This document shows, piece after piece, positions 48,088-57,722 of a stretch of 64,000 nt of DNA (within the stretch, counting starts at the first letter, position 1; each line of letters begins with the position of its first letter). This DNA is from Synergistales bacterium (GTDB taxonomy: Bacteria > Synergistota > Synergistia > Synergistales > JAFGMB01). Location: NCBI GenBank assembly GCA_963666205.1, contig OY762654.1:2752001-2816000 (forward strand). The letters are read 5' to 3'. The notes under the pieces are model-generated. The model worked only from the letters and a program-made list of their open reading frames with translations, was not told where the DNA came from and made no database searches. A program made the translations under genes and the position numbers.

Positions 48088-49707
48088 ATGTCCAATTCCG
48101 CTAAGAGAAATATTAATGTTTATGACAATATTTATGGATACATTCACCTCGAGAAATCTCGTTATCAAAAGATTCTTGAACACCCTCTATTTCTTCGACT
48201 GCATAATATAAAACAAATGGGTTATTGCAACTTTGTGTTTCCCGATGCGATTCACACAAGATATTCTCATTCCCTAGGAGTCTATTACTTAGTTAAAAAA
48301 ATGATAGAAGCGCAAGAAAGAAAATTTATAAATCTTAGCTGTAGGTTTTATGCAGACTTTCCTAATGAAAAAGATGATTTATTGTTAAGTGCTTTATTGC
48401 ATGATATTGGTCATTTACCTCTTTCTCATACAGTCGAAGCAGCATTAGAGAGATATGAGAAGTTTTCGTACGAGAAAATAAAAGATGAAATGGAAGATGA
48501 AACTCAAAAAAAACAGATCGCGGAAGGTTTAGCAAATAATTTTTATTCTAAACCAGAATTTAAGCGTAATGGTACGAAGTTGCACGAACAACTAGGAGAA
48601 GATGTGCTACTTAATACATCTTTACATGATCTTCTTGTTGACGAACTTGAAGTAGAACCTTTGGAAATCTCTAACCGATTTAAAGGGGTTCTCGGTGATG
48701 ATTTAGATTCTTCCCCTAAAAATGGTAAGGAAGAAGATAAAGGTATGATAGGGTTAAGGCATAGTAGAAATTTCCTTCATTCCCAACTGGATGCAGACCG
48801 CATCGAATATCTACTTAGAGATTCCACCTTTACCGGAGTTAAGTCAGGAGCATTTGATTTTGAAAAACTTCTTGCTGAGATTAGATATACTGAAACTGCT
48901 AAATATGGTGTCCATATTGATGCATTAAGAGTATTAGAGCAATTCTTCATGGCAAGATTTGCAGCATATGCGCAAATCGTATTTCATAAACGTGTTGAAG
49001 GTTATGATTTGTTGGCACAAGATTTTTATTTTTCCTTGTTAAGGGATAGGGATAATCCAGAGATTAACCATGATGGAAAAGGCTACCCTAAGGTATTTAG
49101 TTATCCAGAAATTAAAGATCAATTAATGAAAGATGAAAAATGGTTTTACAGTTTTACCGATAGCTATTTCGAGCAACTGATTTATGAAGTTTTAGATACA
49201 AAGGTAAAGTTGGGTCAAAAAATTTTTTCCTATGCAAAAATGTTGCAAGAAAGAAAACCATTTAAGTGTGTTTATGAAGAGCAAAAAATGTGTACTCCTG
49301 ATCAATGGGAAAACTGGTCAATGGAAGATTCTCTTATTACATGTGTTGCTGAAAATGTTGAAGAATTTATGAAAATAGCTAGAGTTTCTAAAGATTCGTT
49401 CCTCCTAAAATTGATTCCTAATGATAGATATTCTTCTGACATGCAGTATTATTGGGATCTTTTTTATTTTGGTAAAGCTCTTTCGATATTTGATAGGGAT
49501 TCGAAGTATGATCAACTATACGCTTTTAAAACAGGGAAACCACCAGAACATTTAAAGAATTGTGAAAGCACTTTTTTAAAGTTAGATCTAGAAAAACTTT
49601 ACGTTCAAAGGATATTCGCTACTGATTTGGATATGGCAAAAAGATTAGAGGATGGACTTAAGAGGTTTGCTGACACAAAAAACAAAAAATACGATAATCA
49701 TTGTTAG
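48088..49707 (+). CDS. SAMHD1/YwfO-like HD phosphohydrolase (putative dNTP triphosphohydrolase)
   Basis: RLHNIKQMG, HTRYSHSLG, LLHDIGH.PLSH, HEQ, LDADRIEYLLRD and VFHK. Confidence 0.85.
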   Translation: MSNSAKRNINVYDNIYGYIHLEKSRYQKILEHPLFLRLHNIKQMGYCNFVFPDAIHTRYSHSLGVYYLVKKMIEAQERKFINLSCRFYADFPNEKDDLLLSALLHDIGHLPLSHTVEAALERYEKFSYEKIKDEMEDETQKKQIAEGLANNFYSKPEFKRNGTKLHEQLGEDVLLNTSLHDLLVDELEVEPLEISNRFKGVLGDDLDSSPKNGKEEDKGMIGLRHSRNFLHSQLDADRIEYLLRDSTFTGVKSGAFDFEKLLAEIRYTETAKYGVHIDALRVLEQFFMARFAAYAQIVFHKRVEGYDLLAQDFYFSLLRDRDNPEINHDGKGYPKVFSYPEIKDQLMKDEKWFYSFTDSYFEQLIYEVLDTKVKLGQKIFSYAKMLQERKPFKCVYEEQKMCTPDQWENWSMEDSLITCVAENVEEFMKIARVSKDSFLLKLIPNDRYSSDMQYYWDLFYFGKALSIFDRDSKYDQLYAFKTGKPPEHLKNCESTFLKLDLEKLYVQRIFATDLDMAKRLEDGLKRFADTKNKKYDNHC

Positions 49708-49742
49708 AAATTAATTCTGATTTTGCTTACACGCATAGAAAC

Positions 49743-50297
49743 TTAACCAATGACCCTATATAAGGTCGACCGACTTATCCCCAACATCTCTGCGATCTCA
49801 TTGGGGTTATTATTCCTATCTGCCATCAATTTCTTCGCCATGGCAACCTGCTCTGCAGATAACTTAGGTTTCCTACCACCTTTCCTACCTCTAGCACGTG
49901 CTGACTTTAATCCTGCCATGGTTCTTTCCCTTATCAGGTTACGCTCAAACTCTGCAAGGGAACCGAATATATGGAATATAAGCTTTCCACCGTTAGTAGT
50001 GGTGTCAAACCCCTCTTGTATGCTCTTAAAGCCTATACCATGTTCCTCAAGGGTATTAACCACATCTATGAGGTGTCTGAGGGATCTGCCCAGTCTATCT
50101 AGTCTCCAGACAACAAAAGTATCCCCTTCACGCAGATGTTCCATTGCTTCCTTCAGTTGAACCCTTTCTGTACGTGCTCCGCTTGCTGTCTCATGGAATA
50201 CCTTCTCACATCCTGCTTGCTTCAATGCATCGATCTGCAGATCCAGTGACTGTTCCTCTGTAGATACCCTTGCGTAACCTATTAACATGTTCTGCAC
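49743..50297 (-). CDS. Serine recombinase (resolvase/invertase)
   Basis: IGYARVST, VWRLDRLGRS, AEFER, GGRKPK and C-terminal HTH. Confidence 0.92.
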   Translation of the reverse strand: MQNMLIGYARVSTEEQSLDLQIDALKQAGCEKVFHETASGARTERVQLKEAMEHLREGDTFVVWRLDRLGRSLRHLIDVVNTLEEHGIGFKSIQEGFDTTTNGGKLIFHIFGSLAEFERNLIRERTMAGLKSARARGRKGGRKPKLSAEQVAMAKKLMADRNNNPNEIAEMLGISRSTLYRVIG

Positions 50298-50304
50298 CTC
50301 CCCA

Positions 50305-50456
50305 GTTGTGTTATCCGAACTGTATCATAAAGGATATATAGATGGCAAATCAGGACTATGATAATAACACAGTGTTATGGGATAGTATCTACTGAAGGAA
50401 ACGGATGTCTATGAAGGAGTAGAGAAGTGTCCCACAAACGACCGTTAGTGATACGG
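50305..50456. promoter_or_regulatory. Putative res site upstream of the resolvase
   Basis: Imperfect palindromes such as tgtcccacaaacgaccgttagtgatac, plus tgtatcataaa and ttatgggata. Confidence 0.45.
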
Positions 50457-50671
50457 AACTCTATAAATATCAGGAGGTAAAATCAGAGTTCAATAAATCT
50501 CTTATCCATCAATGAAATTAGACGATTCTGTGGATGAAAAATCTACCTTATCTATATCCAGATCTGGAAATATTTCCCAAAAGTATAATTCTGCATGTAA
50601 TGTTAACTAATTTTCGTAGAGTAAGTTGTATTTACTGTCCATCTCTCCAAAACATTTCTAAAAATAATTCC

Positions 50672-50726
50672 TTGACAAATAGAGAGTGAAACCGTTATGC
50701 TACCGTTATAACGGTAGCATAACGGT
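50672..50726 (+). promoter_or_regulatory. GntR promoter with a perfect 36-bp palindromic operator
   Basis: TTGACA at 50672; accgttatgctaccgtta|taacggtagcataacggt at 50691-50726 overlapping the -10. Confidence 0.7.
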
Positions 50727-50772
50727 GGAATAACGTTAAGAGATAACAAAATAAAGATGGGAGAGTTGTTTT

Positions 50773-51402
50773 ATGGAAACTAAATCTGATCTTGCCTATA
50801 AGAAGATTCGAGAAATGATTATGACGGGTCAGTTAAATAAGGATACGAGAATTTCTCTGCAAGGTGTTGCTAACCAATTAAATATTAGCAAATCACCAGT
50901 GCGTGATGCCTTTCAGAGGCTGCAAAACGATGGGTTGGTCAAGGTATTTCCAAATCAGGGAATATTTATCCAGGAACTATCATTGAATGAGGCAGTTGAG
51001 ATTTATGAGTTAAGAATAGCTTTGGAATCTTATGTACTTGAACAAGTCTTTCCTTTAATTCGAGAACAGGATTTGTTCAACTTACGTCAGATATTAGACA
51101 GGCAAAAAGAAGCTTTGGAAAATAATGATCCCTACACATTTATGCAATATGACACAGAACAGCATACATATTTTCTTGAGCTGTATTCCAACCAGGTTTT
51201 TTTAGAAACCATGAGTTCCTTGAGGACTAGGGTCTTTCACGCGGGTGTTCGAGCATTAATGTCTGGAGCCATGCAGCCTACGTATCAAGATCATGTTTCA
51301 ATTATCAATTCCTTGGAAAAAGGTGACTTTGAAGAGACCATGCTGCATCTAAAAAGACATCTTAAGAGAGGACTTAACGTTACTTCTGGAGCAAGATCTT
51401 AA
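50773..51402 (+). CDS. GntR/FCD transcriptional regulator
   Basis: ISKSPVRDAFQRL..DGLV HTH; EIYELRIALE FCD domain. Confidence 0.9.
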   Translation: METKSDLAYKKIREMIMTGQLNKDTRISLQGVANQLNISKSPVRDAFQRLQNDGLVKVFPNQGIFIQELSLNEAVEIYELRIALESYVLEQVFPLIREQDLFNLRQILDRQKEALENNDPYTFMQYDTEQHTYFLELYSNQVFLETMSSLRTRVFHAGVRALMSGAMQPTYQDHVSIINSLEKGDFEETMLHLKRHLKRGLNVTSGARS

Positions 51403-51540
51403 GAGGGAGGGATGTATATCTTTTCATTAGGGTTCCTCATTTAAAGAGGTTTACATTAAAAAAAACAAAGTAAGAAGTCCACAATGTGAAGGTACTATTC
51501 CACAAACAATATCGACAAATATTCAAAGGGGGAGGATGTT

Positions 51541-52605
51541 ATGAAAAGAGCAGTGGTAATTCTGTCAGTGGTTGCTTCATTATTCTGTTTTGTTTTTGTT
51601 ACAGTGGGACCGGTATTTGCTTCATCAGATATGGTACGTATGCAAGTACAGAGTGTATGTCCGACGAGGTTAAGAGCACTTGGTACAACGATTACTTGGG
51701 TGGCAGAGAAACTTGACCAGATGAGTGATGGGGAAATCAAGATGAAAGTATATGATCCGGGTAAAATGGTTCCCCCCCATGAAATCCTTGATGCTGTATC
51801 AAAAGGCAAGCTTGCAGGTGGATATACTAATGCTGCCGACTGGGCAGGAAAGTTGCCATCTTCATCTTTGTTCGGTGCGGTTCCCTTTGGGCCTGACCCA
51901 ATGGTTTATCTGGCATGGTTCTACTATGGCGATGGTATGAAGCTCTATCAGGAAATGTACGATAGGGGTGGTTATAACGTACATGTCTTGCTTTGTGGAG
52001 TGTTGAGTCCAGAAACAGCTGGTTGGGCGAATGAACTTATTACAAAACCAGAACAACTTAAGGGGTTGAAGGTAAGATTCCTTGGACTTGGAGGAGAAGT
52101 TCTTCAGAAGTGTGGTGCCTCTGTCCAACTTCTGCCTATGGCGGAGACTTTTCCTGCATTGGAGAAAGGTGCTTTGGATATGGCAGAAATATGTATACCT
52201 ACAGTGGATCATGAGATTGGACTGCATAAAATTGCAAAATACAACTATTTCCCTGGATGGCATCAACCTGCTACTACAATGGAACTCCTGATTAATAAAG
52301 ATGTCTGGAATAAACTGTCCGAATCTCAGAAAACAAATTTTGAGATCGCGTGTAAGGCTGCGACACTTGATATGCTGAGTTATTCAGAAGCAATTCAGGG
52401 GAAAACCATTGTGGAAAACGTAGATTATGGAATAACCAATGTAACTTGGTCAGATGAGATGCTTGTGCTATTTAAAACAAAATGGGTAGAAGTGGTTGAT
52501 GAACTTTGTTCAGAGGATGAATTTTTCAAAAAGGTATGGGATAACCTGAGTAACTTCCGTGCTGAATATGAAAATTGGGGAGAATTAGGTTATCTAAAAA
52601 ATTAA
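51541..52605 (+). CDS. dctP: TRAP substrate-binding protein (TakP/keto-acid type)
   Basis: Signal peptide; LKGLKVRFLGLGG, ALEKGALD and YFPGWHQP. Confidence 0.88.
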   Translation: MKRAVVILSVVASLFCFVFVTVGPVFASSDMVRMQVQSVCPTRLRALGTTITWVAEKLDQMSDGEIKMKVYDPGKMVPPHEILDAVSKGKLAGGYTNAADWAGKLPSSSLFGAVPFGPDPMVYLAWFYYGDGMKLYQEMYDRGGYNVHVLLCGVLSPETAGWANELITKPEQLKGLKVRFLGLGGEVLQKCGASVQLLPMAETFPALEKGALDMAEICIPTVDHEIGLHKIAKYNYFPGWHQPATTMELLINKDVWNKLSESQKTNFEIACKAATLDMLSYSEAIQGKTIVENVDYGITNVTWSDEMLVLFKTKWVEVVDELCSEDEFFKKVWDNLSNFRAEYENWGELGYLKN

Positions 52606-52740
52606 TAACCCTTTTAAGGGCGGAAACTTTGATGATTAGGCCAAAGTTTCCACCCTTTCCTTTTTTCAATTTACATATGATTTTGTTATGAAATTATCTT
52701 CAAGTTATGTCCAAAATGTCTAAGAAGTGGGGAGATTACT

Positions 52741-53295
52741 ATGATTCTCAATAATTGCACTCCTCTCAAGATTTGTAATGTTATTGATAACTTGATCTTG
52801 AAAGCAAGTAAGATCTTTTGTTACTTGAATTTCTTTATTCTGATAACCATCCTTCTTCAAATTGCTTTGAGGTATGTATTTGGCAGGGGATATGTGTTTC
52901 TTGATGAATTGGAATGGCATTTTTATGCAATTGCCTTTTTATTTGGGCTCAGTTATGCCGAAGTTAATGATAAACATATTCGGCTTGATGTATTAAGTCA
53001 TAGATTCTCCACCAGAACCAGAGAAATTATTGAAATACTGGGGAACTTATTTCTATTGCTTCCTTATATTGTAATCCTTTTCTTGCATGGCCTTGATTTT
53101 GCCCATGAAGCATGGGTTATAGGTGAAACATCTGGCTCTCCCATGGGTTTACCATATCGCTGGTTTATAAAATCATTCATTCCTGTTGGTATGTTTTTTT
53201 TAGGAATGTCTGTGATATCGCGGACAATAAAAAGCTTAGTGTTTCTAGTTCAAAAGTCAAACATATGCACAGAAGATATGGAGCGAAAAGCATAA
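52741..53295 (+). CDS. dctQ: TRAP small permease
   Basis: ELEWH, HIRLD and four TM helices. Confidence 0.88.
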   Translation: MILNNCTPLKICNVIDNLILKASKIFCYLNFFILITILLQIALRYVFGRGYVFLDELEWHFYAIAFLFGLSYAEVNDKHIRLDVLSHRFSTRTREIIEILGNLFLLLPYIVILFLHGLDFAHEAWVIGETSGSPMGLPYRWFIKSFIPVGMFFLGMSVISRTIKSLVFLVQKSNICTEDMERKA

Positions 53296-54686
53296 TGGAT
53301 ATTAATACAATTCTAGTCCTATCAATGTTTGTAGTGTTCCTGAGTTTGTTATTAACTGGCTATCCCATAGCTTTTGTCCTTACAGGCGTTGCAATGCTGT
53401 TTTCCGTAATCGGGTATCTGAGTGACCTCTATTTAGGTACCATGACAGGAATCAATTTTATGTCAATCGGAATGCTAGTCAATCGTATGTATGCCATCAT
53501 GACCAATTGGACTTTAGTTGCAATCCCAATGTTTGTTTTCATGGGCATTATGCTTGAGAAATCAGGAATGGCTGAAAAGATGATGACCTCTGTTGAAAAA
53601 CTGTTTGGGAATGTCCATGGAGGTCTTGCTATTACAGTTACTATCATTGGAATCTTATTGGCAGCCTCTACGGGAATAATTGGAGCCTCTGTTGTCCTGC
53701 TAGGTCTTATGACCATTCCTACTATGTTGAAGCAAGGATATGACAAGTCATTGGCGGTAGGAACGGTTTGTGCATCTGGAACTCTTGGTATATTGATTCC
53801 TCCCAGCATAATGCTGGTAGTTATGGCAGATCAATTAGCTATATCAGTCGGCGATCTATTTATGGGAGCTTTTATTCCGGGAACGATTCTTGGAGTCCTT
53901 TACATACTATATCTATTAATTTATTGCCAACTCAAGCCCGAAGTTGCTCCTTTACCTCTAAATAGACAACCACTCAGTTTTTCACTTGTTTTCGAAGCTT
54001 TTAAATCCATTCTTCCTTCTATGGGATTAATTGTGTTGGTATTAGGTTCAATATTTGCTGGCATATGTACTGCAACCGAGGCAAGTGGCTTGGGAGCTTT
54101 AGGAGCTTTGATATTGGCGTGGAAAAACCACAAATTGAGTTTTTCAATTTTCAAAAATGCGGTTCTCGAAACTTTTGGAGTAATGGGTTATGTATTTGCG
54201 ATCTTTTTATGTGCAAATTCTTTTGCTCTAGTCTTAAGAATGTTGGGTGGGGATGAAGTTATTGGAGGGTTTCTGCTTGGCCTTCCTTTTGGTCCCTATG
54301 GGATATTGGCAGTTGTTATGTTTTTGGTCTTCATTTTGGGTTTTTTTCTGGATTGGATGGAAATCACTTTTATTATTTTGCCAATCTTGGGAAACGTTGT
54401 TGCCAATCTGAGTTTTACAGTCAATGGATATGGAGTGGTGGATCAACCAGCCCTTATCTGGTTTACAGTCCTGGTGGCGATTTGTCTGCAGACATCTTTT
54501 CTTACTCCTCCAGTGGGATTTGCGATTTTTTATCTTAAGGGTGTTTGTCCAGAGTCAGTAAAATTACGGGATATTTACAAAGGAGTTATCCCATTTATTT
54601 TACTTCAGTTAACAGGTTTAGCGATTGTAGTAATTTGGCCAAGTCTTGTTACGTGGCTTCCAGCGATGGCATATGCGGCGAAATAA
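53295..54686 (+). CDS. dctM: TRAP large permease
   Basis: AIPMF, GTLGILIPPS, TATEA and TSFLTPPVG. Confidence 0.92.
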   Translation: MDINTILVLSMFVVFLSLLLTGYPIAFVLTGVAMLFSVIGYLSDLYLGTMTGINFMSIGMLVNRMYAIMTNWTLVAIPMFVFMGIMLEKSGMAEKMMTSVEKLFGNVHGGLAITVTIIGILLAASTGIIGASVVLLGLMTIPTMLKQGYDKSLAVGTVCASGTLGILIPPSIMLVVMADQLAISVGDLFMGAFIPGTILGVLYILYLLIYCQLKPEVAPLPLNRQPLSFSLVFEAFKSILPSMGLIVLVLGSIFAGICTATEASGLGALGALILAWKNHKLSFSIFKNAVLETFGVMGYVFAIFLCANSFALVLRMLGGDEVIGGFLLGLPFGPYGILAVVMFLVFILGFFLDWMEITFIILPILGNVVANLSFTVNGYGVVDQPALIWFTVLVAICLQTSFLTPPVGFAIFYLKGVCPESVKLRDIYKGVIPFILLQLTGLAIVVIWPSLVTWLPAMAYAAK

Positions 54687-54729
54687 GGATATCTGTTTCC
54701 CATACATAAATAGATATTTCTAATCTTTG

Positions 54730-55212
54730 AATGGAGGTGTTTTTTGAATGCAAGAAGCAAGAAGTCTAGGTTTGAAGGAAGCGGAAATGATTTGTGATGC
54801 TTGTATAAATGAAACCATTGCAAGCAAAGACAACAAGGAAGTTGTTGGTGCCGGATATCCAATAGGAGTATGTGTAATAGACAGGCATGGTACGGTTCTT
54901 TGCCACAAGGTTATGGACGGATCTTTTTCATTGGCAGCGAGATTGTCAAGGACAAAAGCGCAGAGTGCCCTGGAACTTTTGAGAGACACAAAGATTCAGC
55001 GTGACATATGCCAGTCCAGGGGAATTGGACTGATGCCTTATGAATTTTCCAGTATAGAACATACAGAAATTCCTGGTGGATGTGTGGTCAGGACATCTGA
55101 TGGGAAAGTGGTGGGAGCTGTAGGTATTAGTGGTCGTTCTCCCCAGGGAGACGAGGAGATGGCACAGATAGGCGTAAAGGCCTTTGAAAACTCTGAAGAG
55201 TTTAATGTCTAA
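54730..55212 (+). repeat. 483-bp direct repeat, copy 1 (RBS plus GlcG-like gene)
   Basis: Matches 57156-57638; one synonymous difference seen (54792 T vs 57218 C). Confidence 0.9.
54748..55212 (+). CDS. GlcG/HbpS family heme-binding protein, copy 1
   Basis: VCVIDRHG, KAQSA, IPGG and VVGAVGISG...DEEMA. Confidence 0.85.
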   Translation: MQEARSLGLKEAEMICDACINETIASKDNKEVVGAGYPIGVCVIDRHGTVLCHKVMDGSFSLAARLSRTKAQSALELLRDTKIQRDICQSRGIGLMPYEFSSIEHTEIPGGCVVRTSDGKVVGAVGISGRSPQGDEEMAQIGVKAFENSEEFNV

Positions 55213-55233
55213 TTCTTGTTTGGCGGTGAGAAC

Positions 55234-56187
55234 ATGAAGAGAAACTTAATTACCGGAGGACTTGGCTATGTCGGGGTTAATCTTGCCCGTGAATTGATCA
55301 AAAGAGGAGAGGAGGTAATATTGTTTGATCTTTTACCCGATTCTCCAATGATTTCAGATATTCGTAATGAGGTGAAATTGATCCAAGGACAATTGGGAAA
55401 TTGGGCTGAGGTTTTAGAAGCGGTACATTCCTCCCATGTTGATACTATTTTCCACTTGGGAGCAATGATAACTATGCCGGCAGAGGCTAATCCTTGGGCA
55501 GCATACGAGACAAATGCAAATGGTTTGTACCACATTCTTGAGGCTGTCCGTCATTTTGAAGTTACAAATGTAATTTGGCCCAGTGGAATAGCGGTATATG
55601 CCCCTGGTGTTGCGGAAATTGTGAATGAAGATACGTATGAAGCAAATCCTTCCCAAATTTATGCTGCAACAAAGATTTTTGGAGAAAGGCTCGGAGAATA
55701 TTATCATCAGAAATTCAATATCAATTTTCGTTCGCCAAGTCTTCCAGCCATTTGTGGTCCTGGTAGAAGGGCTGGTTTGGCTGCATATGCGAGTTTGATG
55801 GTTCATGACCCTGTCCGGGGTCTTCCTGCGGAGCTCCCAATCAGTGAAGAAACACAGATGCCATTTATTTACATTAAGGACGTTATTAGATGCTTGATGA
55901 TGCTAAGGGATGCGAATGAAGAAAACCTGAAACGAAGGATTTATAGTATTCAAGGTTTTTCTGTCCCAGCAGGTGAAATGGCTAAAACAGTCTTAAGACA
56001 TTTACCTGATGCTGTAATTCATTTTAATTCAGATCGAAAGATGGTCAAACTAGCTGCTGCGGCACCCAAAATGATCGATGATTCAAGAGCTCGGGCTGAT
56101 TGGGGATGGGAACCGGAATATTCATGGAATGAAGTGGTGCAGGACTTTATTTCAGTGGTGAATGAATACCCCAAACTTTATAAGTAG
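55234..56187 (+). CDS. Extended SDR NAD-dependent epimerase/dehydrogenase (L-threonine dehydrogenase-like)
   Basis: ITGGLGYVG, YAATK and ARADWGW. Confidence 0.8.
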   Translation: MKRNLITGGLGYVGVNLARELIKRGEEVILFDLLPDSPMISDIRNEVKLIQGQLGNWAEVLEAVHSSHVDTIFHLGAMITMPAEANPWAAYETNANGLYHILEAVRHFEVTNVIWPSGIAVYAPGVAEIVNEDTYEANPSQIYAATKIFGERLGEYYHQKFNINFRSPSLPAICGPGRRAGLAAYASLMVHDPVRGLPAELPISEETQMPFIYIKDVIRCLMMLRDANEENLKRRIYSIQGFSVPAGEMAKTVLRHLPDAVIHFNSDRKMVKLAAAAPKMIDDSRARADWGWEPEYSWNEVVQDFISVVNEYPKLYK

Positions 56188-56242
56188 TGAATAAAAGATC
56201 TTGAATCTTAATTCTGATAAAGATGGAGGTGAAATTTCATCT

Positions 56243-57046
56243 ATGAAAATAGGTGTCGTACAGTTAGCAAGCGAAAGCAACAAGGATTCTAACCTTGATA
56301 GTACTGTAAAGCATATTGATGAGTTAGGAAATCTGGGGTGTGAGCTCATCGTCTTGCCAGAATATTTTAACTATCTTGGACCATCAGAACTTGAGCGAGA
56401 AAATGCAGAATCCATCGACGGGTTTACTGTCGAAAGGATATCACAAAAAGCTAAACAGCATAACATATATATACATCTGGGAAGCTTTCTGGAAAAAGAC
56501 AACAATAAAGTGTTCAACACCTCATTAGTGCTCAATCCAAATGGTGAAATTGTTTCACAGTATCGCAAACTCCATCTTTTTGATGTGAATGTCCCTGGTG
56601 AAATTGTTCATATTGAGTCTGAATTTATTACTGCGGGTGATAATGTTTCAACTTTTACGATCAACGATGTTGTCTTTGGAATGGCCACCTGTTATGACCT
56701 CCGGTTTCCAGAATTATTCCGCCGATTGTCGTACCTTGGAGCGTCGGTTTTTATTATCCCGGCGGCTTTTCACCTTAACACCGGAAAGGATCATTGGCAG
56801 GTTCTTCTCAGAGCGAGGGCAATAGAAAACCAGTCATTTGTAATTGCCCCAGCCCAGTGGAAAGGGATAGCAACTCATATTTGTTATGGGAGAAGTATGG
56901 TTGTGGATCCATGGGGAATACTGCTTGCACAAGCTCCTGATCGAGAATGTCATTTTGTGGTGGATATAGATTTAAACTATCTTAGAAAAATTAGGCAAAA
57001 ATTACCTGCTTTGGAACACAGAAGGACAGATATTTTTTCACCGTGA
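56243..57046 (+). CDS. Carbon-nitrogen hydrolase (Nit1/Nit2-like amidase)
   Basis: E-K-C triad: LPEYF, YRKLHLFD, CYDLRFPE; RARAIEN. Confidence 0.9.
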   Translation: MKIGVVQLASESNKDSNLDSTVKHIDELGNLGCELIVLPEYFNYLGPSELERENAESIDGFTVERISQKAKQHNIYIHLGSFLEKDNNKVFNTSLVLNPNGEIVSQYRKLHLFDVNVPGEIVHIESEFITAGDNVSTFTINDVVFGMATCYDLRFPELFRRLSYLGASVFIIPAAFHLNTGKDHWQVLLRARAIENQSFVIAPAQWKGIATHICYGRSMVVDPWGILLAQAPDRECHFVVDIDLNYLRKIRQKLPALEHRRTDIFSP

Positions 57047-57173
57047 CTTGAGTTATTCCAATATTTGTATGGGAAAATCTGATTTCCTGGGATTTTTACT
57101 CTTAATATCAGTTGGTTTCACATAATATCCCATTTCGGAATACAGCAATTCAATAAATGGAGGTGTTTTTTGA

Positions 57174-57638
57174 ATGCAAGAAGCAAGAAGTCTAGGTTTG
57201 AAGGAAGCGGAAATGATCTGTGATGCTTGTATAAATGAAACCATTGCAAGCAAAGACAACAAGGAAGTTGTTGGTGCCGGATATCCAATAGGAGTATGTG
57301 TAATAGACAGGCATGGTACGGTTCTTTGCCACAAGGTTATGGACGGATCTTTTTCATTGGCAGCGAGATTGTCAAGGACAAAAGCGCAGAGTGCCCTGGA
57401 ACTTTTGAGAGACACAAAGATTCAGCGTGACATATGCCAGTCCAGGGGAATTGGACTGATGCCTTATGAATTTTCCAGTATAGAACATACAGAAATTCCT
57501 GGTGGATGTGTGGTCAGGACATCTGATGGGAAAGTGGTGGGAGCTGTAGGTATTAGTGGTCGTTCTCCCCAGGGAGACGAGGAGATGGCACAGATAGGCG
57601 TAAAGGCCTTTGAAAACTCTGAAGAGTTTAATGTCTAA
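57174..57638 (+). CDS. GlcG/HbpS family protein, copy 2 (identical protein)
   Basis: Same translation as 54748-55212. Confidence 0.85.
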   Translation: MQEARSLGLKEAEMICDACINETIASKDNKEVVGAGYPIGVCVIDRHGTVLCHKVMDGSFSLAARLSRTKAQSALELLRDTKIQRDICQSRGIGLMPYEFSSIEHTEIPGGCVVRTSDGKVVGAVGISGRSPQGDEEMAQIGVKAFENSEEFNV

Positions 57639-57722
57639 GAAATCTATCTTTAGGTTGATTTTCTTGGTTCTTTATTGCTCTGACTCGGGAAAGTACTGTT
57701 TTAAAGGGAAGGTGGGATAAAC

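Noticed and set aside
49743-50456. Tn3-family transposon or invertible switch
   Set aside because: No transposase, 38-bp terminal inverted repeats or paired inversion sites seen.
57053-57415. Duplicated antisense ORFs (also 54720-54989) and other short opposite-strand ORFs
   Set aside because: Shadows of well-supported genes on the other strand.
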